Source: Ascidiella aspersa (lineage: Eukaryota). From it: DNA of 64,000 bases. Both the position numbers and the translations under genes were made by a program. How positions within the stretch are numbered: position 1 is the first letter of the stretch; each line of letters opens with the position of its first letter. Of this stretch, positions 39,131 through 53,900 are shown one piece after another. Below the pieces are notes generated by a model. It saw nothing but the letters and a program-made list of their open reading frames with translations. It was not told where the DNA came from and ran no database searches. Where the stretch lies: NCBI GenBank assembly GCA_963924565.1, contig OZ004615.1, forward strand, positions 15,748,001 through 15,812,000, read 5' to 3'.

Positions 39131-41997
39131 TATATCGGAATAACTAAACGTATGAGGGCGGTAGAGCTAAGCGTACGAGGCGGGTTAATTTATTTTACGT
39201 AAAAGATCGGGAAAAGTGAGACACCTTGCTTATGTTTGACGACATGATAGTTGATTTCTAGGAAATCACGACCGTTTGCACTTCCTTAACACAAGTTTTT
39301 TTTTTAGTAAATAGTCGTCCGGCAATGGTGGGCCGCGAAGCTGCAGACTATATGATTCACCGAAAAAAAACGTGAAACCATTATTTTATTGTAGTTCAAT
39401 TTCAAAACAGAATTCTACAATTCATTATTAGATTACGCGCAAGAGACATGTCAATTTACTCGATATGTTTGGCTTTGCAAATCGTTTGTTTAAAAATTCA
39501 AACAATGGATGGTAAACGATTAAAAACAGGTACTTAAATTTGGTGTCCTCTTTTTGGCTTTCTACAGTGACCGAGCCACCATTAGGACAAGGTGCAGATA
39601 AACCTGAAGCACTTAAAACACAGGTGACAAAATAAACCAGTGAAGTGATGAAAAAACGCGTAAAAAGGTAAGAAACGTCTAATAAGTTTTGTTTGTTCAG
39701 CGATGATCCAGTTTAACACTCGTCAACAGCAAATTTTGAATAGAATTTTTTTTTAATTTTGCGTGCTAAGTGAGAAGTTAATTCCTAATGGGTTTTCGGC
39801 GCTGATTCTGAAACTGTCGTATTTTTCTAACAGGTTTTTGCGATATTTGCTTTTTAATTTTTTTAATGTTTAGCTAAAAAAATGGACAGACTGCGCATTG
39901 CGATGTATCCAATAGTAATCTCTACACGCACTTTTACATCTATCTCTGATTGACATCTTTGATAAAAACAGCATTAACGAGGATTTGTTATTAAAACTGT
40001 TGCTAAATATGGTATTCAAGTAGTTCATTTCAGATGTAGAGAGTATTTGAGGGCCGAGTATGAATGTTATTTGAGCCAATCCTATTTATGAGGGGTTCTT
40101 AAACTTTTTGAGCCGCGCACCCTTGACAAAATTAAAAAGAGATAAAACAGATATTAGTGTAAGAAAACGTTGATTTATTTTTTTTGTAGAGCGCTCCTTG
40201 CAAACCCTTCACGTCCCCCCAGTAAACCGCTACTAGTTAAGTTTGGTAATAAAAGATTTTAATGAGTATGATTGGTACTTCCTGTATAATAGATGTAATT
40301 CTGCTATATTTTTATGTTAATCTTATAGGACAAAAGACAACAACGAAGTATCACTCACATCTAAGTCAAAAAGTTGTTCAAATTGTACTTTGGCTTCTCA
40401 TTATTATTAAACACCAAACGATTTCTGTTTTATAATGTTCACAGCCAACCAAATTTAAAGCGCGTACATAGCGTACATGCCAGCAATCATGAGCGGGCTT
40501 TTATTTCTAACAATTGGCTTCCAAGTTATCGGAAAAAGACAGACAGGGGAAGTGAGGCCTAGGCAGGCCGAAATATGTTTGTCCAAAGCGTTATGAAATT
40601 CGAAAGCGCACAGTCGGTTTATTCGGTTTAGGTTAAAGTAAAACCATTAGTTGTCAACGTTCATCGGTATGAGTTGGACAAATATAAAAGAACAGGAAGG
40701 ATGCAGTCGACCGTATTGAGTAACGGGGAAATGGGAATGAAGAAGTTGGAGCTTACGTAAATGTAAAAAGGAAACAAGTTTAGCTTGATATGCCTCTTAC
40801 CCTACAGAATTAGATAAAACCTTCTCTGATATTGAAGACAGATTATAGTCGATAGAATAGTATTTATTATTGGCCCTGATTTTCTATGGGAGTCGTAGAT
40901 TTTAATAAAGGGTGTTGGCCATGTGTTTACCATTCATTAGCTGTAAGGGGCTTAGGTCATAGAGATGTTTGCTTGCCTCGAGATTTTTAAACCATTCTTA
41001 AATAAGATTTCTTCCTGTGGAATTACTTGCAGTTGATTTTTGTGGGCCTACCTTAAAATGGGGTAGGACCAGACTGTTTTTCTTGGGTTTCAAAACTATA
41101 ATAGTTTAATAGTATCTTTCGTTCAAACAAATTGTAGAATCGATGTGCTATGCGGTATGTGGGCTTACTTCTATGGTTAGTACTTTTTTTCAAGAAACAT
41201 AAAAAACATATTAACATACATAAAATTGCTTTCTTATGCATTCCCTTTGACAATTTCCGTACCTTAAACTTTTTAGCAGATTAGGTTGGCAAAACATTTG
41301 TATTTAAAAGGCGATTGAACTTCGAATTTCGAAGGGGTCATTATATAGACTCCATGTTGTGACGTAAACTAAATTTGTCAACGAGGGGTTCCAAAATTGT
41401 ATCGAAGTGGAATAAAACGTTGTAAAATTTTGGATTGTAAACTCTTACACCAGGCGGGTGTAAGTTATGTTTTAACAAAACTTGAGGTGTTAAAAATTAG
41501 ACTCACCACCTTAGCGAGATGAAGATACTGTTGATAGTGTGGGTTAAATAAAAAGTAACAAGCTCTAAACTGAGGTTCTAGTGATCGCGAGTTATCGGCG
41601 TGTTGCGTAATTGGAAAACTGTCATAATTTAACGGCACGAATGTTGCATCATCCGCCCAACTTCCACGATTTTGATTTATTTGCTTCCAATTTCGTTCGA
41701 AAATAAATTCAAACCCTTACAAATTACGAGTGCAGGAAGCATCACGATGTGAATGTGAACTATCGAAAACTAAGCGGGCGGCAAAGTGCGCGAAAAAGCA
41801 GAACTGGTGGTTTTGCTTTTAGAAAAACAGGCGCGATCTGGGTCCATCCGACTCTCAAAATACCCAGATTGGAAACGTATAAAATCATTTGCGTTGTAGC
41901 GAATAAATGTTACAAAGAGCATCCAAAAGCATTAGAAAGATTCTGTTGATTGGCGGTTAATTGTCATTTATCGCAGGCTGAAATTCATTTTAACATT

Positions 41998-44900
41998 ATG
42001 AGTGGCAAGATGCTTCATTCACAAAGTTGCCTGGTTTTTGCCCTGATGCTGTCATCTCTTGCTGGATGTACTTTTTGTGAGTAAAACGATTAAACTTTGA
42101 AGCACAATAACATTGTCTACTAAGTGAAAAAAAATTAGAGATAACAATGTAAATAACCATCTTTAAAGATGAAACTAAATCTTTCTGTAGAGTATAAATT
42201 GGTATACAAAATATATATTTTTGCAGTAGCTTCAGCTGAGCACCTTAGAAAGAGCAAAAGTCTGTCATGGAGCAAGTGGACGCGCTGTAGTGTGACATGC
42301 GGCGAGGGTAAGCAGTCACGTGTTAGAATGACGTCACCAAGAGTGGAAACAAGACCTTGTTACAAGAAGTTTTGTCCAAGTAATTATATTTTTAATTTTT
42401 CAACTTACGTAAATGCTCAAGGTAAAATTGTTTGTTATTATTTACAGTTCACTTACAGGATAACGGGGCCTTAATAAGAAAATAATTTAAAATTTAGGAG
42501 CAGAGTTGTAAGACTTACGACAAATATTTTTCTGTAAGTACCCTGCCAAGGTACTCCCGGTGTAATATTATGAGGGTGCCATTATCGCTGGTCAGTAAAA
42601 ATCACAAAATATAACCATTTGTACAATCAAGTGATTCTTAAGATTGCGGCGCCCTAAAAATATCATGGCACAATTTCTACCACTATATGCCAATTTGAGC
42701 CCAACATAAGTGAACAATCGTACTTATAGTTCTATTATACTCTGCAAAGAATGTGTAAATAACATAATAATATCAGTTATGTAATCGATAGGCGTATTCA
42801 AATATGCCATGTATGTCGACTTGGATATTTGTAATACTTAAAGGATATTTTACTAACTTAAAAATGCGCGGCAAAAAGCTATCGTGAGTAACTTGGTGTG
42901 CCGCAACATACAATTTCCGAACCACTGTTATGCACAAAGGTTGAACCAAAACGTACACTGATTTATTTATCTGTGTGTTTTTACCTGTCATCATGTGTGT
43001 GTTTTTTTCTCGTGTTTTCTCGCGTCGTTAACAAACGCTGCCAACTATCCCAGGTTACCTTTCGTGGCCGCGACTCCACTTCAGTGGCAAGTTTGTGGCG
43101 GATGTAAGCACCCTGAACAACATAGCGTGCAACTACGACAACAGGCATTTTACCAGCACCGCAATATCACGTTACAACCAGCGGCAACTTTCAAAAGTTA
43201 GATTTTGATTTTAAACTAGTACTTTACGAACTTCACTATACTCACGTACCATTTATTGAGTTGTCATATCATCAGCGTTTCTAACATTTCAGAACCTGTT
43301 AATAAACATTAAAGGGAAAAACTGTTTAACGAATACAATTTAATGAGATTTAAATACAACTTTTATTAAGTTTTTTACTAAATAAATAAAAGACGTAAAA
43401 TGCATAAGGTTTCCTTTCTTCGACCAGTTGGTGGAAGTGAGAAATAACTTTTCTCACTGCACATCAAGGTGATATACATGAACATCATTACGGAAACCGA
43501 CTCTTACAATATAGAGAGTATATGAAACACATCATCGCACCTTCAAATGTGGAAAGAAAATTGCACAAAAACTCTAACATGTTGGAATTAGAAAAATGAA
43601 ACTTTCACAAGCTGCATAATTAAAACCAGAACCACGCGAATTTCACCTCTTACGAAAACCAGCAAGACAACTGGAATGCGATGGGCAGCGGTCACTTCTA
43701 CTTCGTTGGAACTCGCATCACTTCAATTTGCACAAGCCCCAACAGTTGCAGCACAAAGGCACCTATAACCAAAAGTGTTCTGCGAGGTAAAAACAACTTT
43801 TTGAAAATTGCGACTGAGTCGTGGGCTGCAAAAGCATTATGTAGTTGCGCTCTCATGTTAAGCCTGACGGAAACTATGTTACGCAATTAAGTAACCCTAA
43901 TCTTATTGGTCACATGTTATTGAACTTTGAATCGATTATGTATAAACTGCCATGATAAGTTTGAGAAGTGTCTTTACATGGTCTATGTTTTGTTGAAGGA
44001 TTATGAGATGGATTGATACATAGTCTACTATTTTTATTTCTTTGCTCATTGGAAAAGTTTACCGCTTTACGATCTTATTTTTGCAGAGGCTGAAAGGGCC
44101 CAGATGGTTACCCCTCACCCATATGAGCAGATCGCTTGCGAGGTTTGGGGACTAACCATACAGATCCCGGGGGTGTTGGAAGGACGGTATAAACCGGCCT
44201 GCAATCAGGTGGAAGGAAGTAGGTGCAAGCGGGTGGTTGATAAATTCACCAAAGGATACTCGTTTTGCAACCTGGCGCGTTTTAAAAGGTAAGAATGATT
44301 ATTACATTAAGCATGCGTAGAGCATTACCCTAAACACCCTGGGCGGTATAAAGCGCGGTTTTTGATACTTTTATCTTGCGCTGCCCTTTTTATATATATT
44401 ATCTGTCAAATTATTAAAAAAATGTTGCGTGGACGGTTAAAACGTTCTTACAGACCCGCTGGGGTGCGCATAAACCACTTCTTAAGCAATGGAGTTACAC
44501 ACTAGCGTAACAGGTTGTTTCAGCAATAACAAGATCAAGTAAAATTCACAGTGTCATATGGTTCAAATAACATTTGAAAAAACAGTTAACAAACCTTTAA
44601 AAATAAAATGAAATTAGTAAACGCAATCACTAACACTATGATTAACAGAATCGTTACTATTGTTTTAAGTTCTCCAAAACATTTGTCTGCATGTTTATTT
44701 TTTTCATTTTTGTGTTGTTTTGGAACACATCCAGCCTAATAAAATTATTGTGTAGATTCACTTCCACCGTCAGTGCTACTAAATCAGTTGAAAAATTCCC
44801 TTTCAATGCTAGAATTTTTTTTTTAATATGGCTGTACGTAAATATAGAACTTATTCCAATAAACACATATGTTTAAGATGAATTTTTTGGCAACAATTGC

Positions 44901-47900
44901 GCAACATACTTTGTGTTTTTTTGCAATAATATTACGACATGCATTACTTTTTCCAGCGTTCTACGCAACATCACTTGGTACAGTGAATTTCACAAGCGGC
45001 TATTTCATAATGCCACGAGTCTTAGCATTACGATGGTGATCGACCATTTTAATCAGATAGCCCGCTCTGGCAATGTGTCAGGAACCATAGGTAAGAAAAA
45101 AAGATGAATGTTTGCCTTACACCTAAGACATATATATAACTATTTGAGTTTCTCGTGGAATAAGTAGAACTATTATAGATGCTAGGTAATCTCTAGTACT
45201 AAAATTTGTTGAATAATTTTTTGCTTCTATGGGATAGAGCAGTAAATCCCAAACTGCGTGCCGCGGCACAATAGTGTGCCTCGAGAGATTGTAAAGTGTG
45301 CCGCGAACCTTTTTTAAAATTGGAAAATGTAGTTTTTGTAGGCATACACGCAAGCATTTTTGACTTAAATACGCACTATTTATTACAAACTATTCATATT
45401 GAGACATTTACATGTAGTTTGTCGTGTGTTAAGAGCGGCTGAAAAGTTTCTATATTGTTTTTCTGTTAAAAGTGTGCCGCGAAATATTAAAGATTTTTTT
45501 CGTGTGAGGCGAGCCCAAAAAACGTGGAAACCACTGGGATAGAGGCTTAGCGTGCAATACATTAACACTATTATTTCAGAAGAAAAAAGTTACAGGTGTT
45601 TAACCCAGGGCTGCGGAGTCGGTTAAAAATAACTCGAGTCCGACTCCCGAGTCCGACTTCGGCCGAAAAAATAAACACGAGTCCCGAGTCCGACTCCGGT
45701 CAAATGTGCGATTTTGTCAAGTCCTGAGTCAGGCCCGGACTCAGGACAGTAACTAAAATAACATTGATTTTCAGCAATCCACCTATATAGGGGTGTCGTA
45801 TAATTTATTCACTCACAAAACATGGTTGGAAAATATTTCACCATTTGCTATAACACTTTTACAATTTCCATTTGACGGCCATATGAGTTTTAAAATTCGG
45901 TACTGCGCATGCGCATGTCGGACTCGGGACTCGGGTAGCTTTACAAGGTCTTACTCGATCGACTCCCGAGTCCGACTCTGACTCCGCAGAAAATGCTTTT
46001 GGCCCTCAATCTCAATACTCCTTACCGAATGTAGAACCAAGTATTATCTAATTTAAGAAGTAAATTGACAAGTCATGTATCGATCCATAAATGGGTTAAA
46101 CAACTTGAATGGAAATAAGTGCAGCGCGGGACTAGATTACATTTATTTAAAAAAAATGTTTTTTTGTACAGGTCTGACTTCTGGCGACGACTCACTTGAA
46201 GCGATGGCATCACGGCTTATGATGCCGTTTGGAGATGCTGTGCAGACACCGTTTTACCTTTACAAACATAAGAAAATTGTTTGCATTGACATGGGAGGGG
46301 CGTTGCTCGCGTACGACAATGGCAAACCTAAGTCGAAGGGGGTTTTTCTAGCTGTTAAGGTCCAATGCCGGTAAAGTTACTTCATAATAGTGTAATAGAA
46401 AGGCTTTTATATTTTATTTCAAATTATATTTTCTTATTTTATACTTACAAATATTTTCTTTTCAGTGGCGGTTATTCTAATGTTTCTCTAGTTCTACTTT
46501 TATAAATCTTAGATTTTGATAAAATGAGTTGTCCAATAAATATATTTTCTTATTAAGATAACGACCAACCCAAATTTGGACTGATACACTTTCATATTCT
46601 TTACCGCTGAAATATGAAAGGCGTACGAAACCATCAGATCTTTGTTGATCAAAATATACGTTTGCTAGATTTCCATATTTATACGCCACCTATGTGTGCT
46701 ACAACTCAGTGGTGTCTGCAGCTGGAGATACCTACTACATTCTACAAAAGCTCACTACGAGTTACCTGGACGCCAAGGGAGACTGGTACTGGCTAAAAGG
46801 CGGAATTCTGGACGTTAGCCTTTCGCATTTGCCTTCCAGCGTTTTTCGCTTGCTTGAAAATCACAGGCTGACGATATTGCAAAAAGCTAAGCGTCGCAGT
46901 CACAGGTGAAATACGCAATCGATAGCAAAACATCTAGAGATATGTAAAAACTTATAAATTATAGTCATACAACCAATGCAAGGTTTTACACTAAGGGTGG
47001 TCAGTCAATCCAAGACCTTTTCCAAAAAAAACACATATCTTTGCTTAGCTAGATCTATTGTAAATGTTACACATCAACAACAATGTATATATCTAGGAAT
47101 TATGAACGTGTTTTTTCTTTAAAAATCGATGCATTTACGTTGGTAAAGCTTCTGGCATCTAATGAAATAATTGACCAGAAACACTTTTGAGTCAGAATCG
47201 GCATAGCATAAATAAAAATGCAAAATACTCTGTATCAATGATCAATCAAAATGGGTTACATATGGTCGATATATCGGTACATCGTCGGGCATCCTTAACA
47301 AGAATCGCTACCAGAGTAACGTTTTATTTTAGTTTCTTCAGGATACTTGTCGAAGAACCGAAGTATGGCATGAACGTTGGCGTCTTCAGTTCGGTTATTC
47401 AACGATTAAACGTCAATCAAAGCGTCGTATACAAAACATTCGCTTCAAAGTACGGCAAACCATTAAAAAATGTCCATCTTTCCATGGGATTACTACCGGG
47501 AAAAGAAATTTGTGATTGTGGATTCGAAGGTTGCACGTAGTAAGTTAAGGTTTTTCGTCGAACTTACAAACAAGCTAGATATTATAGGAGTGATAGCACG
47601 ACAACAATGGACAAGTAAGCACGTTTTGCAATCCTGCCTATCTGTATTTATTTATTTATCGTGTACCAACCGAACACCATTGAGGGTTTTACCAAAATGT
47701 CACAAACTAGAACCCCAAAATAATACTTCTTTTAACAAAAAATATGTACTATTTTATATTGTGTTTTGAGACATCAGTAATGGTACAGTGCGCAAAGTCG
47801 AAAAAGGGCCGAAAAACACAACGTTAGGAATTAATTCTGTGCATGTGGGAAAATGCCATTTAGTGACTATTAGGCAGTAACTTAAAGCACAACAATGAAA

Positions 47901-50900
47901 TAATTTGATAAACTTTCTGCAAATCAGCAAGGTTTTGTGTATTGGTATTGTTAAAGCTATGTCTGCCTATTAACTTGGCGTTGCTAAACATACGGTAAGA
48001 AGCAAATTATTTTAAACCGTGACCGTTTAAAAGTAAAAAAAAGATTACTTTTAAGAGTATTACTCCACCTTTCTCTCAGAAATAGAGCCATTTTTTTCTT
48101 TCACGGAGAAAATAAATTATCCCGACGCCTTTCGCTTGAGATAAGGAGCGCCTTTTTACACTGCTCAAATTGTTGTAGACATACCGACTGACCAACAAAT
48201 ATCGACAAATCTAGATATTAGGATTTTTGTCATGAGATATTTTAAAACTGTTTCGACATTTTGATAAAACCAACCAACAAAAAACAGTGTATTATTTTTG
48301 GTTTGTTATAATAATTGTTGTAGTTTTCTCCCTAATTATTTTTATTGCAAAATATTGTTTGTTTAGTTAGGCTGCTTAATTACGGCGAACTCTACACAGT
48401 AAAAAAACACATCCCTTCAGAATTAACCTTGTGTCAATTATTCATTCAGTCGGACAGCAGTGCCCGCGGAATCAATTCGCATCAGTAGTGATAATTCGTG
48501 GACCGGAGCATCTGGCATAAACTCCCACACGGTGTCTCTCGTGAGCGATCCTGGCAGTAACGGTTGCGGCATCGACGGTCAGGTCTACTCGTTGTACACC
48601 AAACTGAAGTGAGAGCGATTTTATCTAGTATTGAAAGGTGTAGTGATGACGCGCAAGATAGTGCGGCATAATTATACTCGTGATTTCGCATATCTTGGAT
48701 TTCGTTAAAAAATGTAAAAGTTAGACAACAATAAATTGGATTTTACAATTTGTTACTATAATTTCAAGTTTATAAATGCTCTATCACAGTAAAACGATTT
48801 TATGTTCTGCTCCCGATTCACCTGTACTGTCCTATAATAATTTACTACTCATCAAAAAACAAAAGTAATAAAAATATGGTGTTTGATAGGTGGTCTACAG
48901 CTAAAAAGATTTTTTTTAAAGTTTGCCAAAATGATTACTTGAACTTCAAAAATTTGCTATGGAAACTTTTTAACAACATAGTTTTGCGTCCTATCGGGGG
49001 GCGTCATGACCTGTTGTTGTTCTATGTGTGGGTGTTGTATTATTCGTGCACTCAATTTTGCGTCGGTGTTACCAATATTAATTTCGAATTAATATAGTTA
49101 TGGTGATACCCAGTATAAAGCGACTCGCCAAGTTATTTTTCTATATTTGTTATAAGATCCACCTTTTAATTGGGGGTATTTTTGCAGGTATGATATATTA
49201 GGCGAAACCGTGAACTTTTGCAATCCCGATGGTGCCACCGATTGCAAAATCGGTCTGGATAATCAATTGACGCAGGTTCGAGCATTTAGCGAAGTCGAGG
49301 TGCCAGATTGCCCGGGATGGCTTGACATATCAGGTGAAGTTAATAGTTTTCGTTAGCTTAACTGTTATTGATCCAAAGAAATATATTATTATCCTCAAAA
49401 AGAATATCCTGTAGCTATTGGCTTCATTTTACATTAAGGCAATTTAAAGAGTGAGGTTAATCCAATCAACAACGATAAGTGTTTTATTGCCTATTCATAA
49501 AAATCTAATAATTCTTCCTAAAAAAATTGCAAATATATACCGTTAACATAAATAAACAACGTTTTTACAATTATGTTTTTAATATATGTTGTTGCATGTT
49601 TGTGAAATGAATTGAATAAATAATGTTTTATTTTTTATTTTAAATCCCTATAATGGCTTTAGGTATATTTGAGCAATACTACAACCTGTATCCTGTAATG
49701 TGGCGAAACGGAATTATTGACTTACATGCGTACGGGGAGGTAAAACAGAAAGCGCGACTCATAAAGACTGCCATGTTTGATCTAGATTTTTCTCATCCAC
49801 GGTAAGCGATTACTTGCTATAAAACAGTGGTTCTTAACCTTGGGTAAATTACCCACATGTGGGTAATTTCAGGATAGCAGGTGGGTAATCAGCTCAACCA
49901 GAATATTTAGAATTATGGTTGTAACAAACAATGTCACAGCTGTAAGTGCCTAAAGGCCCGTTTACACTACAGCTGCACTGAGCGGAGCTGAGCTGCACTG
50001 GGCGTGGAATTGTTTTCACTACAGCTGCAGTGAGCTGCGCTGGGCGTAAAAATCGCGACAAAACGTAATGTTTTTCTATAGCTGCACTGGGCTTGAGTTT
50101 AGCAAAGCGTGGAAATCGCTCCAAATCGTATTTTTTTTTTCAGCTGCACAGGGCTTGAGTTTAGCAAAGCGTGAAACGCTTTAGCAAAGCGTGAAACGCT
50201 TGCCACAATAGAATTTAAATGCAAATTACGCCCAGCGCAGCTCAGTGCAGCTGTAGTGTAAACGGGCCTTAAGTGGTAAGTTGCTTTATTACTTGCACTT
50301 TTTTTTGATGTTTTGAGTCCTTTTGAAACAAGCACAAGGATATTTTATCATTTTTACAATTGTTTTGTCATAGTGATAATTAATTTTTGGGGCCGGTTTA
50401 CGTAGTTTATATTTATGTGACGTAATAGTAAGATTTTCTTGTATCGCTAAGCAGGCTAGCCTAGTTATTTTTTCATTATCAGTTTTCTGTTAGTGTTTAT
50501 TTTTGAAGGTATTCTTAGTAGTTATTTGGAGTAGTTCACAGTGGCTATAAGTGTGCATTTAGAGCTAGTGTTGAGATGAGCGAGCTATAATTTGTTAAAT
50601 AACACTGTTTTATATTTTTAGTATGGTAAAATAGCAAAATGAATAAAATTACATTTTGGGTAATGGGACCTTGATCTGGACCAAAATGGGTAATAAGGGA
50701 AAAATGGTTAAGAACCCCTGCTACAAAATAAACGCATGATTTTTATTAATCCAAAAACAGTTCCTATGGTAATTATTTTTTCTCGAAGTTGTTCGCGTTT
50801 TTCTTTCTTTTTCCTTTGTAATTTGCCAGATATTGTATTACTAGCGTTCGACGTCATTCACAATGAAAAAGGCGATTTGAATATGTGGCTGAAACGTAAA

Positions 50901-53900
50901 GAAATATAATTACCAAGGGAGCTGTTTTTGAACAATATAAAGTCTGGTAGCAACAGTATTATTTCAAACTCCAATCGATAGAAATTGTGTATAATGTATA
51001 GTAATTCAACTTTTGGTAGTTATTCTAAAGTATTTGTGAAACGAAATTCTGACAGCCATGTGAACAAATACTGTGGTGAAGTCGCAAATGTATTTATTTT
51101 TTTATTTCTTACAACGACTACTGTCCTGTTAGATACATGCCAGCCACGAGGGACTTGTCCCTTAGTAAGCAGAAGCTCATTTGGAATTGGATGCAATGCG
51201 GAATGCAGTTTGACACACGAAATAAAACACGCGGTTTGTACATCAAAAATAGTTCTAGCAACATAAATATACCTAATGATATTTAATTCCACGTTCGAAG
51301 TTTAAATTTATAGTTCATTTTAATACCAATACTTATTAATTATCCTAATATCCTATACAATTTTCTGCCTAAATAAAGTGGGTTTAAATCAAAACAAAAA
51401 ATTTAGTACTGGTTTAATTTTAGTGTTTATATGATATGACAGTGTTTCCCAAGTTATGAGTCTCTGCTTATTCTTTTGGTTCTCTTGTCAAAATACAAAA
51501 AAAACCTTAAAGTTTATTATAGACAAAGTTAAAAACAAATGATGAATATTAAGAAAGTGGTGAACGTCACGCTTGACATAGAGTTGTTACCTTATATTTG
51601 CAATTTGTCAACAAACATATTCCAATAAGTTGGATTCAACACGTGTAAGTTGCGGGGTGATTTTATATACACAATACACCAACAAAGACTGTAGGTGGTA
51701 CGACTCGTACCCTACAAAAATGCTTTGTTTTAAGTTTTTCAAACAGAAATAACCTATTTTATAGGATATTAACCTATTCTTCCTATAAACAGAATATTAG
51801 TTTACCCAGTTGTTATACATATAGTTAAAATTACCGAACTGAATGTGACTTGGTTACCTACTTTACACAACGTATATCAGTTTACCACATATAAGGTATT
51901 TTACGTCTAATAAACTGAAGTCACTTTTTCCCGCTTTAGCTTTTCGTAAAGCCTAGGACTAGAACTATCTGGAGTCTCGTAAATAATGAGTATCATCTTT
52001 GTATCAGCGTGAAAAATGATGTGGACAGGTTGTGTGCAGTAATATTTTCTTTTGTAGTATATGTTTTTCGTTTTGTATTTCGTCTATAATAGTGATTCGT
52101 CTGCAGCTCAGTTTTACCGCTTTTTTATTAAATATCTTGCTACATAACCCTTTCTCAATTAACACCTCTTAAACTACCAAGTTTAACAGGATAAATGCAT
52201 AATATGACTTTTGAGCTTGGCGAAAAATTATACGTTTTATTTGTAAAAGCATGCAGCTTTGGGAGCTAGCAGCTAGTTTGCTAAAACACCTCGATGTTTT
52301 GACGTAGGCCACGTCTCCTTTAATTAAAAAGTTTGCCAAGTTAAACTACGTTAATTTCGGACGTCATCTTGAAACAACTTTAAATCCCAAAAAACAAATT
52401 CCTGAATTTCCTCTTTATTAGATGAGGCCTGGGTTGCCAGATTTGCATTGTTTGAAACTTTCGAAATTTTTCGGAACAAAGAAAAATATTGGCAACCACT
52501 GGGGGAGTGGTATTTTACTCAACCCAACCTTTACCCTGCTAAAGTGCTTTCATAGATGCATAGCATTCTCATAACCGAATATAATGCAAACATGTGATTC
52601 AGAAATAGTATAACACATAACAGATTGCTCCAAATTTTGCTTCATTAAATTTTGTTTAAAATGTCGAAATCGGATTGAAAGCCATATTTAAAAAAATTGA
52701 TATAAACTGTAATAGTATTTCGTAAGCAGTAAAACGACCATTAATCGTTTTGTTTCAAACCCGTCAGGAGAATGCAGCACCGATACCGTCAAGGAAGGCA
52801 TAGTTGAATTGAAGGCCCTTATCCAAAAAATCGTCATGCTTGAACTTGCAACCATCCCCCCTTACTTCACGGCGTGGCTGAGTCTCAAGACGGAAGCCGC
52901 AAGAAACTATGAAATTGCGCGACGACTCAAGTCAATCTTTAGTGAAGAAATGCTACATATGTCCCTGGCGGCCAATATGCTGAATGCGGTGTGCATACGG
53001 GCTTAAAGTTATACATTTTTTCGTACCTATAACATTCCAATTTTGGAATGCATTCACAAGAGTTTTACTTTAAACGTTTATCATTTCGGATGACGTTTCT
53101 AATTTAATTTAAAATCATATAAAGATCGAGGCTCAAAACAGATACTTTTAAAAAAGGTTTATCCACAATCCGATGATATTTGGAGCTAACCATAAAAACA
53201 TTCAAGCTAACAACTAAATGTAATTTACATAATTTAGTTCTATGGTACTTCTCAAAATAATAAAACTAATGCCCAATATGATTTATTGAAAACACACATT
53301 GCGTTTTACAATACGTCAGCACTTTGTAGTATTGCTTTTAGGTTCGTAAGCGTAATTTGATTGCATTTAACTCGAACCTTTACCAAAGTGACAGCCGAAA
53401 TTAAATCCGGTTGTAACGTTCGTATAGATTGGAGGAACCGTAAACCTTACAAACATCAACGAACTGCCTTCCTATCCAACTCCGATTGGAAGTGGTTCTT
53501 TTTACGACATTTCAGCCAACATTCTACTTCCGTTGGAGCGCTTCTCCATTCCACTTGTCCGGGATGTATTTTCGAACGTCGAGATGCCAGCGTCAAAGGA
53601 AGATAGAAAGGTTTGGAGTAATTACATAATTATTTGTAGGGATTAGGCAATCATTGGTTGTGAAGAGTTGTACAGATGTTAGCTGCATTTCGTTGCCATT
53701 CTACAGAGTATCGGGTCGTAATGTTTTAAACCTCCCTAAGCAATAATGCTGTAATGGTCTGTCAATGCGTTTAAAGTTAAAGGTTTATTTATTGACTCAG
53801 ACCGATCAGGCTTATTTTCCAATGCAGGAACTGCTGCGAGCAGCGCAACTCTGGAAGATTCTCTTTCAGTTTACGGACGAGAAACCTACGAATAAAATGG

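Noticed and set aside
50020-50200. Short direct repeats resembling a CRISPR-like array
   Set aside because: Internal tandem repeats of the Harbinger MITE; no unique spacers, eukaryotic context.
50830-50900. Possible extra exon of the VioB-like gene after ttgccag
   Set aside because: The required phase hits a stop (YCITSVRRHSQ*), and exons 12 and 13 already join to give the conserved HPRYMPATRDLS.
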